NCBI RefSeq assembly: GCF_032062105.1
Contig: NW_026940419.1
Coordinates: 1 to 64,000 of the forward strand
DNA from: Saccostrea cucullata
Lineage: Eukaryota
DNA: 64,000 bases
Reading direction: 5' to 3'
Shown: piece after piece, positions 50,752 to 61,925 of the stretch
How the letters are laid out: every line of letters starts with the position of its first letter
Position numbering within the stretch: the first letter of the stretch is position 1
The notes under the pieces: model-generated
What the model was told of the DNA's origin: nothing
The model's input: only the letters and a program-made list of their open reading frames with translations
The model's database searches: none
Translations under genes and position numbers: made by a program

Positions 50752-51706
50752 AGGTCCGTGTAACATTTAACAATTCAAATTTCTAAAATGACTTAGAGTT
50801 TTAGAATGTTAATATATTTGTTCAAATTTCTAAATTTCAAAAACTCAAACCGATTTAGTATATTGAAATTTAATATTGTAGTTCAAAAATCTAAATTTTT
50901 AAATTTCCAAACAGGTTTTAGAATTTTGATATTTTAGATTTTACCTTAAATGTTCAAAAATCAAATTTCCAAAAACAAATTTTGTTATTCAAATGTTTGA
51001 GTTTTTAGTCTAGTTTGTTTAGAAAGATTACACTTAATCTAAAGTTCGGTAATATTTTTCGTCTTTTGGTTATTTGAAATTAGCTTCAAACTTCTAAAAT
51101 CCAACTTTGAAACGGTTTAGATTTTTAGAAATTTAGAATTTTGATTCAAATGTTTTAATTTCAAATAATCTAAACAATTTGAGTTTTTAGAATTTTACTT
51201 TAGATATCCAAAATTTAAACCAGATATGGAATTTTATATTTTGGATATTTGAAGTAAACAAATAAAAACTCAAAATGTACAAAAGTGTTCTGGTTTTTTA
51301 AAATTGAGTGTTTGAATAAAAATTCTAAATTTCTAAAAATCTAAAACGTTTGAAAGTTGGAAGTTTGAAGTAAATTTTAAATAATCAAAAGACGAAAATG
51401 GTATCGAATTTTAGATTGTTAAGCGTTAACTTTCTAAGCAAACGGTAGATTAAAAACTCAAAAGTTTGAAATACAAAACTTGCTTTTGGAAATTTGAATT
51501 TTGAACATTTTAGGTAGAAATATAAAACTCAAAATGTTAAAACCTGTTTGGAAATTTGAAAGTCTAGGTTTTTGAACTAAAATATCAAATTCTAATATGC
51601 GAAATCAGTTTGAGTTTTTGAAATTTAGAAATTTGAACTATTATATTAACATTCTAAAACTCTAAGTAATTTTAGAAATTTGAATTGTTAAGTGTTACAC
51701 GGACCT
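50752..51706. mobile_element. ~955-bp foldback (whole-element palindrome) DNA element
   Basis: AGGTCCGTGTAACA.TTAACAATTCAAATTTCTAAAAT... at left is mirrored by ...ATTTTAGAAATTTGAATTGTTAA.TGTTACACGGACCT at right. Complementarity continues for more than 400 bp per arm. TACA on both flanks. Confidence 0.88.
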
Positions 51707-53329
51707 TACAAACTAATGGTGTTTAAAAACCCAAAACAAAACAAAAGCAGATTTAAAGTCATATCTAAATGGCACTCATTATTGGACAGCAGGTATCTGA
51801 TCTATATAATACTAAATAATGAAGGGGATGGTCTTTTAAATACCCATTTAAAGACCAAAGTAAAGTTGTGTGTTTCCGAGACATATGTAAATAAATATAT
51901 GTCCGTCTCCAATGGACACTATTTTGGACTGGGATCGTTAATCCGATGGTGAAGCGGACAGCATACATTTCTTGACTGATCACAGGTGAGTGTTCAATAA
52001 TATTGTCAATAATATCTTGTTTCACGTTAGATTTCCTTATAATGATTTAGAAAAATCTATTTCTTTTAAAGACAATTGGTTTATGGATTTAAAATTATAA
52101 TTGGAATTCTTATTGTTTAAAGAGTTAATTTTCATTACAAAAGCTAGATATAACATGTCTTCTATTGTACATGTGTAACTGATATAAATATTATAAGAAA
52201 ATAAACTTTTAGTAATTTTTTCACCATAATGATGGGTTTATTGTTTGTTTTAAAATTTTGGTATGACCTATATTAAAAAAAATTCCAGGATGTTTTACGA
52301 CATGCTCCTTTTTTCTGGTGTGATGTCAATATTTTTATGAACATTTCACAATCGGCATTCAGCGATTCCTTAGCTTTCCGGTGCCATTTCTTTACTTCAA
52401 GTGATTTTTTGAAAGTCATCACCAACTGTTTCGCCATTGTGAAAGTAGCAATATTGCTTAATAAATAAGAATGATCCGATAGGGATTTTTTTTTCTTACG
52501 TAGAGACATTTAAAAGCGAATCAGACATAACAGAGAAGGTACTATTTTGCAATCAATGTTTGAATTAAAAAACAACAAAGCACTAAATTCTTCCACCCTC
52601 TTACCGAAATTTAATCTGGCTTTTAAAAAATAAATAAATGATCGGTCACTTCACAATCATCTTCTTAAAATATTATTTCGCTGTCCAAAATTTTTAAATT
52701 CAAATAAAGCCATCATAGTTTTCAGCATATTTTGCGATTCTTTTTTTTAAATTGATTTGTATATAGTTCTTAGGACTATGAAATTATGGTTTAAAGATAA
52801 GATTACATTAAAGTGAACAAAACCTCAGACAAGTTTCTATAAATAAGTAATAATTACTATTAATTTCCCAAAAATACCTACATGTAAGTCTACATTAAAA
52901 TCTCCGTTGAAAATAATAAAAGAAGCGTAATATCTCTTATAAAATATTGATTGCAGTTTGATGGGTTTTTTTTTAAATAGAAAGTATCATTTTGTTTTAT
53001 TTTGTTACAATAGCACGAAAAAAAAACAACCTGAAATAACAATCCAACTTTAAACAATATAAATCTATTTTCTTCTTGAGACAACATATCAATTTTTTTT
53101 GTTTTTATCCAAGTCAGTTTGAACGGTTTTGCATTGTATGATTTGTAATCAAATTACAAGATAAGGGTATACCCGTTAAACAATCTAAATTGATATTTCT
53201 GCACCGTGTTTACATCAAGAATAAGGATTTTTAATAATAACATTCTTTGGTAAGAAAATGTGATTGGTTTATCTTGAAGTTCCTGTCTCATATTAATAGT
53301 TATTCTATTTCATGTTTTGTTGATGTATT

Positions 53330-54530
53330 TCTGCTCGAAATATGATGCAGAAAAACTTGAAAAAGTACAATTAACCGCCGCTAGAATCGTAACCGGACTT
53401 CCTATATTTGTGTCTAGAGATGCACTTTATTCTGAAACTGGGTGGGAAACTTTAAAAAACAGACAATATATTGCTAAAATGACTACTTTGTGCAAAATTC
53501 ATACGGGACGAGCACCGGAATATTTGAAAGATTGATTGATTGTATATTGTTTAACGTCCCTCTCGAGAATTTTTCACTCATATGGAGAAGTCACCGGATG
53601 CCGGTGAAGGGCTTCAAATTTTGACCTTTACTCGGCACTCAGGGCCATTGAGCAGTGAGGGATCTTTATCATGCCAACGCCTGCCGCTGACACGGGGCCT
53701 CGGTTTTTAAGGTCTCATCCGAAGGACCCGCAACTTTCACTTCAAAGTGCCGAGCGCATGGCGAAGGAACAGTTGCTACCCATTTTATCGACTGGGTCAG
53801 TCGCGGCAATATTTGAAAGATATTGTCCCCAATAAGCGTGAACATGTATCCACATATAATACCCGTAACAAACAAGATTTTATTGTTCCTAGGTGTAGGT
53901 TAGAACTATTTAGAAACTCATTCGTACCTGACGCTACAACACAAGGGAATTTATTAAAAACAGATACGAGAGAAGCCGTTTCAGTCAAAACATTTAGAAA
54001 AAACTTGACAACAAAAATTGATATTCCACCACCATACTTTTCTTTTGGCAAACGATACACAAATATCATTCATACCAAGTTAAGACATTACTGTATACTA
54101 AACCATGTTCTATATAAACGAAATATTGTAAGTAGTCCATTATGTTTATGTGGAAAAAATGAAGATGTGTATCATTTCTTTTTTGCATGCACAAATTATT
54201 CCAGTGCTAGAAGTACTCTTTTTAATCATTCGTTCATGCTTGACTTGGTTTCTATTGATATTAATGTATTATTATGTGGTGATGTTAATTCGCCTTTACA
54301 GATAAATAACAGTATTTTTGCTGCTGTTCATAAATTTATTGACGAAACATGTAGATTCTCCAAATGATGTATTACATTATATTGTGTCTATTTATTCATG
54401 TATCGATTGTATTATTTTTTTTCTTTTTGCATGACATATTGTATTATATAAGGAGAGGAATTCACTAAGTTATTTAGAACTTGTTTCCAATCCTTTTGAT
54501 TGATATCAATAAACTACGTTCAAACAAAAA
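53330..54530 (+). mobile_element. 5'-truncated CR1/L2-group LINE (post-RT C-terminus and 3' UTR), split by a SINE
   Basis: KLEKVQLTAARIVTG...GWETLKNR...APEYLKD | IVP..YNTRN..FRNSFVP...PLCLCGKNEDVYHFFFAC. Stop at 54367. AATAAA and A-rich end at about 54510-54530. Confidence 0.8.
53533..53807 (-). mobile_element. 5'-truncated SINE with 14-bp TSD
   Basis: (GATT)n tail and CTCGAGAATTTTTCACTCATATGGAGA. TSD AATATTTGAAAGAT at 53519-53532 and 53808-53821. Confidence 0.9.
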
Positions 54531-56149
54531 TAATTTTTGGAAAAAATTTTCGTAAATTTTTGCTGTTCATACAAAATTAAGATACTTGAAAAAAAATTAG
54601 TATATTTTTTTATGTATTGTTGAACTTACTCTTAGTTCACGTTAGATTATCGTTTTATTGAAAATTTATATTGACGAATTCTGTAATCATTTTCCTTTAT
54701 GGATAATCAGACATCTATAATTGAGACAAAAGTATCCCATTTTCCCTTTTCATATCACACATCATTTTTTTAAATCACAAAGAACGAGGGTGCTTTTGAT
54801 TGACATTCGGCAGGAATCTTGGGCGTAATTGAAAAGTGAAAATTTTATCGACATGTCACAGGAAATTTTAACATTTGTTTTATCTATTGAGTTCCTGTGC
54901 AACAGGAAAGGAAAACATTTTCCTGAAATTTAGCTTTGATTTGCTAAAAAATAACTTGAAGATTGGCCAGATCAGACAATTGGGACAAAATGGTACATTT
55001 TTAAACACTTTTTTCTAAATTTTTTCTGTCTCTGGGTGTTCTCTCCATGATTTTATTTGTGTGTATTCTAATTCAAAGAAACGAATACACTTTTTAAAAA
55101 ATGGAGAGAAGACCCAGAAACCACGAAAAATGAACTTTTCCCCAAAAAATCAAAATGTGTGAATGTTGTGCTTCTTTGTCCTTTGAAAATCATCTGTGTA
55201 TGTATAGCGGTGATAGCTCAGTGAACTGGGCTACCTGTTCAGTGCACTGGAAACGGAAAGTTTTTGGTTCAAGCATGGGATGGGGCGTTACTTTTTTTTT
55301 TGTGAGTGTGAGCGAAGTGCGAAAGTGGGTGGGTGTGAAAAGTTTTCTGTGCAATTTTGATAAATATATTTGATTGTATTGAAAGCATGGAAATAAAGCA
55401 TTAAAAAAAGTTTTTTTTTCATGCAAACAACCATTTATTTTGTCAGTTTCGTTTTATGTACTGATGTATTAAAATTTTGAATTAGATAAATTTTGGTTCA
55501 GTTTGGTTCTCGAGCGACATGAATTCCAATCTTCTATTCTATAATGTACATGTACAAGTATCATGCATCTAAATGCATTAAATATTTTAGGTGTTTATTT
55601 TTCGTGAAACATTACTATTTTATAGTACCCTCTAGGAAAAACGATGACAAAAAGACAAAAATGTTTTAATCTCACACTTTCAAACTAAATGAAAAAAAAA
55701 ACCTATGGACGTGTTTGTAAAATCTGACCAGCTATGGTCAGCCAACCAAATCATGGACATCATGGACATTTAAACCATAAATGTTTCGTACAAATGATTC
55801 CTGCAGATCACACGCCAAATGCGCCCATCTTTTTAATTTTTTTACTTACTCTTTAGCAAAAGACTGAAAACACATGGTCATTTTAAGGTGGTAAAGATTT
55901 CTTTTTGTTTTTGTATGGCTGCTATCGAATATTTTACTTGACAAAGCAGTATCAAAGTATTTAAAGATCATTAACATTTTGCTTCGATTTTATAAAAGAA
56001 AAAAAAATCATGTTGATCCAACTAGAATTTATAAAACAAAAACAAATAATGAAACATTATTTTTTATTTCTTTGATTTGTTTTATATCGAAATTCCAAAT
56101 CCAATTAAGGAATCATTTTATTAATTTATTGTAGATAAAACAAAACAGA

Positions 56150-58801
56150 ATGGGGTGCGGATCATCCTCCCCAACAGCCTCAACCCCTGTAAAAAACAGA
56201 GACAAGGGCGGAGTGCTTCAGACGTCCGAAGTTACAGAGGAGGACTTTAAGCAAACTGTGGCACAACCACAGAAAACAGTAGCACAACCACAGAAAACAA
56301 CACTGCACAGCAATGGAGTGATAAAACCAGCTAATAATACAAAAACAAACCATGTGGTAACAGTAAATGGTACATCTGAAAAAGACCAAAAAACGTCGTC
56401 CAAGAATTCAAGCAAGGATGAACTTTTGGTCGAAAATGTCGAGGAAGTGACAGGCAGCAATGTAATTCCAAAGCCATCAAGGAAAAAGAAAACACAAATT
56501 ATTCCGAATTCCGAAATGTTTAAAACAATAGACAGTCATGTTGCAAGGGTAAAAATTCAAGTATTTTACTTCATTATTTTCACAAATATTAAAAATGGAC
56601 ACCGATACATTTCGAAATTATAAATTTTGGGTAGGAAGTGTTCACATATTAAATGACGAATACTCTAAAATAAATTCCACCGGCAAGTGGTGGCGTCTCC
56701 ATATGAGTGAAAAATTCCCGAAAGGGACGTTAAACAATAAACAATCAATCAATCTTAAAAGAAATTAGATTTTAAACTTTGTAGACATGCTTAAATTTCA
56801 GACACCAGCCTCTGTGTGTAATTCCATCGCAACTCTGGCAGAGTATCTCATCAAGCCAGCAAACACACCTCTGGAAAGAGCGAGAGCTATCCACAAATGG
56901 GTTACAACTAATATAATGTAAGCAGCTCTTCATGTTTCAGTAAAGCTACGCTTAGTAACTTCTCATCACATATCTTTACCTATGTCAGGTGTTAACGGAA
57001 ACATTTTTTTCTTAGTTTTTTTTTTAAAATCAGTACCTTATCTACATGGCATTTGCGGTTTGCAGGAAAGAAACAATTACCATTGAAAAACGGAAAGAAA
57101 ATATAAAAGTTATAATATTTTTTCTTTAATTTTTTAAAAGGTATGATATAGATGGATACATGGGAAGAAGTGATAAAAAGTCATGTGATTCTGGGGATGT
57201 TTTGAAGAACCGCTCTAGCGTATGTGCCGGATATAGCAATCTCTTCGAATCCCTGTGTCGGTAGGTCCAGATGATATCAATTTGTATTTTCAGATTTCTA
57301 CTGATATAGAGTCATTAAAAGTTAAATAATGAAGTTTTTTATAATTAATTTCTGGAATGAAATTTGACATGTCTCTTTTACTACCGACATGTGTAGTTAT
57401 TCATTACAAACACCATTAACAAGACTTCTTTACAACTCGTTAGGAAAGAATAATTAAGTTTTTAATGAGAAATAAAGCAGGCTCTTTTTTTCCAGATGTG
57501 CCCATATACCTGTTATGGTAATCTCTGGCTATGGCAAAGGATTCGGTCATAATGACAAGGAGGATGTGGATATCTCTAATCTGAGCACCAACCACGCTTG
57601 GAATGCCATATTTCTTGAAGGAGAATGGCGGCTACTTGATTGTACGTGGGACGCAGGTTACGTTGACGGCAAGTCATTTCATTGGTACAAACGAGATTAT
57701 TACTTCCTTATGGATCCAGAATACTTCATCAGCTCACATCTGCCTTTCCTAAACAAAGATCTTAAAGCCAGTGAACCATGGCAGCTACTGGATAAACCTG
57801 TAGATCCAAAAACATTTTTCAAATCATTGAAACTGGAGGACGGTTCGGTGAATTATGGGATATTTCCTCTGAGTCATAAAGAAACTGTAGTTCCTGTTCA
57901 TGGAGAAACGTATTTAGAAATTCAGAAGTGTGTTCCTGGCGACATTGTAGATACTTTGATATCATTTACAGACGATGAAACTAAGAAGGAATACCAGCAA
58001 TGTGTGGCTACCGAAAAATCCGGAAATAACGTTATTAAATTCCACGTCCGACCACCCAAACCTGGCATTTTCAAACTGAACATGTTTGTAAATGCACCTG
58101 GAGAAGAGAAAAAATGGCCACAACTTTTTAAATACGTCATTCACTGCACGAAAACCCTGCAAAATTTGGTATTATTTCCTAACCACCGTCAATTATATGG
58201 TCCAAGGCATGGCTACAAAGAACTGGGATTCGACAAAGGTATAGAGGAGAAATCAATTTACTCAACCAACTCAGGAGAACTAGAGATTGTCCTTCCAACC
58301 TTGAGACAAATGTCTGTATTATGTACGCTGGAGAGTCAAGACTCGTCTAAAATACAGAACGCTGTATTTCAACAATCAACTGCAAACTCGGTGTCCTTAT
58401 CCACCAGACTTCCTACAGCAGGAAATTATAAGCTTATTGTCTTTGCACCAAAAGAAAAGGAACATGTGGTAGCTGTCACCTATATGATTCAATGCACCAA
58501 TGTTCTCAATGAATTCAAGCCGTATCCTGTTGTATATGGAGCTGCCTCCTCAAAATATCAAATCATTCTTCACGAACCAAAAGTCAAAGGAGTACCCGCC
58601 AATACCCCTGTTGTTTTCAAATTTTCGTCTCCCGTTCTAAAATCTGTACAAATTGGAACAAAGGTTTTCTTGAAAGAGGACGATAGTGACGTTTGGGAGG
58701 TTACTTTTGACACCCCCGACTCTGGGGTTCAGGTGAATCTGTTTGGAGGAGCTGAAGAACAAGGAAAAAGGGATGCACTTTTCGGATTTCTAACAGCGTA
58801 G
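56150..58801 (+). CDS. kyphoscoliosis peptidase (KY)/hillarin-like transglutaminase-fold protein; 646 aa, 4 coding exons
   Basis: Exons 56150-56548, 56802-56917, 57141-57260 and 57496-58801 join in frame (GT-AG; phases 0, 2, 2; 1941 nt). Motifs ERARAIHKWVTTNI.YD, SVCAGYSNLF, ISGYGKG, NHAWNAIFLEGEWRLLDCTWDAG and YYFLMDPEYFISSHLP, followed by repeated beta-sandwich segments. N-terminal MGCGSS. Confidence 0.9.
56677..56754 (+). mobile_element. SINE 3' fragment in intron 1 of the KY-like gene
   Basis: GGTGGCGTCTCCATATGAGTGAAAAATT...(CAAT)n. Confidence 0.8.
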
Positions 58802-59028
58802 TATTGCTAGTCTTAAATAAAACTCTCAACGCAATTGTTATTTAACTGATGATGATTGACTTCAGTAAAATAATTTAACTGATAAGGACTTCACTAAAAC
58901 CCCGTTGTACATTGATTCTGAGCATGTAATAACATAGTTGTATTTTCTCTGTACATGTACTAGAAGCCATTTACCTAATTATGTACAAGTGTTAATACAT
59001 ACTACTGCGTCTCATTTTCATAAAAAAA

Positions 59029-61049
59029 ACATAGGTAATCAGAGATTACAGAGCTCACCTCAACGAATGTTGTCTTTAAGTAAGGCAAAGTCACACAATT
59101 AACCAACAAAAAGTATACATTCCAAAAATGAAAATATTTTTAAAAGCAATTTTGATCTGATACTTTGAGATAGACCTACATAAAAAATTTAAACTACTTC
59201 TTCTTCATGAAAATGTAATGAAAATCCAGCATCTGAAGCAAATTTGAGAGTTTTCATCTCTTGATGCAGCATTTGTGCAAGTTTGGTTTATACAATGTTA
59301 TATAAGCCTTATAGTTTTTGGTAATAGACCTGCAACCATAACTTTTACCTTGTCTATTATCTGAAAAATGTATGTCCAATTCAGCATCCGAAGCAAGTCC
59401 ATTAGTGTGCATCCTTAGATGTATCATCCATGCAAGTTTGCTCATTACAGGGCTCATAGTTTATTGGAAATGAAACATGCATTAAAACTAACATTTTCAC
59501 TCATCCACAAAAAGTAGGTCAGATTCAGCATCCGAAGCAAGCCTGGAAGTATGCATCCTTAGATGTATCATCTATGCAAGATTGGTCATTAAAGAACTCA
59601 TAGTTCCTTGGAAATGAAACCTGCACCAAAAACTTTTAACTATTCACTCAACCGGAAAATGTAGGTCAGATTCAGCATCCGAAGCAAGCCTGGTAGTGTG
59701 CATCCTTAGATGTATCATCCATGCAAGTTTGGTCAACATAGGGCTTAAAGTTACTTGCAAATGAAACCTGCACCAAAAACATTAACCTGTTCGCTCAACT
59801 GGAAAATGTAGGTCAGATTCAGCATCCGAAGCAAGCCCGGTAGTATGCATCCTTAGATGTATCATTCATGCAAGTTTGGTCAACATAGGGCTTATAGTTA
59901 CTTTGAAATGAAACCTGCACCAAAAACTTTAACCTGTTCACTCAACTGGAAAATGTAGGTCAGATTCAGCATCCGAAGCAAGCCCGGTAGTATGCATCCT
60001 TAGATGTATCATCCATGCAATTTGGTCAACATAGGGCTTTTAGTTACTTGGAAATGAAACCTGCACCAAAAACTTTAACCTGTTCACTCAACTGGAAAAT
60101 GTAGGTCAGATTCAGCATCCGAAGCAAGCCCGGTAGTATGCATCCTTAGATGTATCATCCATGCAAGTTTGGTCAACATAGGGCTTATAGTTACTTGGAA
60201 ATGAAACCTACACCAAAAACTTTAACCTGTTCACTCAACCGGAAAATGTAGGTCAAATTCAGCATCCGAAGCAAGCCCGGTAGTATGCATCCTTAGATGT
60301 ATCATCCATGCAGGTTTGGTCAACATAGGGCTTATAGTTACTTGGAAATGAAACCTACACCAAAAACTTTAACCTGTTCACTCAACCGGAAAATGTAGGT
60401 CAAATTCAGCATCCGAAGCAAGCCCGGTAGTATGCATCCTTAGATGTATCATCCATGCAGGTTTGGTCAACATAGGGCTTATAGTTACTTGGAAATGAAA
60501 CCTACACCAAAAACTTTAACCTGTTCACTCAACCGGAAAATGTAGGTCAGATTCAGCATCCGAAGTAAGCCTGGTAGTATGCATCCTTAGATGTATCATC
60601 CATGCAAGTTTGGTCAACATAGGGCTTATAGTTACTTGGAAATGAAACCTACACCAAAAACTTTAACCTGTTCACTCAACCGGAAAATGCAGGTCAGATT
60701 CAGCATCCGAAGCAAGCCCGGCAGTATGCATCCTTAGATGTATCATCCATGCAAGTTTGGTCAACATAGGGCTTATAGTTACTTGGAAATGAAACCCACA
60801 CCAAAAACTGCACCAAAAATGTTAACCTGCTCCAAAAACATTAACCTGGTAATTCCTTTGCTGAAATTGCAGCATCTGAAACTTTGTCTGGTACAATAAA
60901 ACACACTAAAACCATCTTCCATGCATATCTAATCAGTATAGGACATAGAAGTAATTAAAAAGAAAACTGCTCCAAAAAACTTAACCTGGGACGCCGACGC
61001 CGAGGGTATCACATAAGCTCCCCCCAACTTCGTTGAGGTGAGCTAAAAA
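59029..61049 (+). mobile_element. HINE/pearl-type element carrying a 147-bp satellite-like array (10 conserved plus 2 diverged units)
   Basis: 5' hairpin GTAATC-aga-GATTAC. Perfect 16-bp subterminal IR AGCTCACCTCAACGAA (59052-59067) / TTCGTTGAGGTGAGCT (61029-61044). Anchor TCAGCATCCGAAG at 59381, 59525, 59672, 59819, 59966, 60112, 60259, 60406, 60553 and 60700. (GACGCC)2, 3' stem-loop, A-run. Confidence 0.9.
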
Positions 61050-61925
61050 TCAGTACTATCTGTATCAGCATTTAGCTTACATTAATATTTATCATTTCAA
61101 TAAGAAGTTACTTGAAGTGCAATTGATAAATAACACACTTTGATACTTACTGTGGATTACTTATAACTTCACTTATAACAAAGCTTCAGTTGAGCTCTTC
61201 CCATCATTTGTCTGATATTGTTCTTTCTTCAGCATTATTTTAGCAAAATCCTTGAGCAGTTTCAAAGAAGATGATTGAGATTTTCTTTTTATGTTGATAT
61301 TCAAAAAGTATACATTCAGGTGTGTTTAATTCCCGAGGGAAAAACCCTTTTACATATAATGTACATTCAAAATCTCTGAAAATTAAGTAGCAAGAGAATA
61401 AAATCCACTAAAAAAACTAGAAAACATTAGATAAACCTATATTTAACATACTCTTTGGGTATAAATTATATATTGATTGCACACGGGCGAGAGGATTGCT
61501 ATTACAGGATTTACGAAGAATTAAAAAGGGATCACATATATAAGAACATCTGAAAGATTTAATTGCTACGTGAAATCTAATGCACATCTAAGTATCACAT
61601 TAAAGTAGGAGATAAGATTCAGTGGGATTGGGTTTGGACACAATAACAGTCAAGTTTTACAAAGTACTTGAGCAGAGAAATTGGCTATAATAGATGATTT
61701 TCTTCAGAGCACTAGTGCTACAATTAGTTACACTGAAATACAAGAATATATGCACTACATGTAGTACCCACAGGTTTTTCAAGACCATGTGCTTAGGAAC
61801 AATAGTGGCAGATGAAAAGAAACAATAAGATTTTTTTACATTTGAGAACATGACCCATAGATCTTTCATCAGAATATAGATGCAATAAATTCGAGTCGGT
61901 TTTAACGGTGATATCTCATGTTGTT

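Noticed and set aside
53747-54367. 206-aa ORF as a host gene
   Set aside because: Chimera of an antisense SINE and a LINE C-terminal fragment.
56150-58801. KY-like transglutaminase fold as the cross-linker for the neighbouring Lys/Gln-rich secreted proteins
   Set aside because: It has no signal peptide and carries a cytosolic acylation motif, so it is in a different compartment. Only proximity supports a link.
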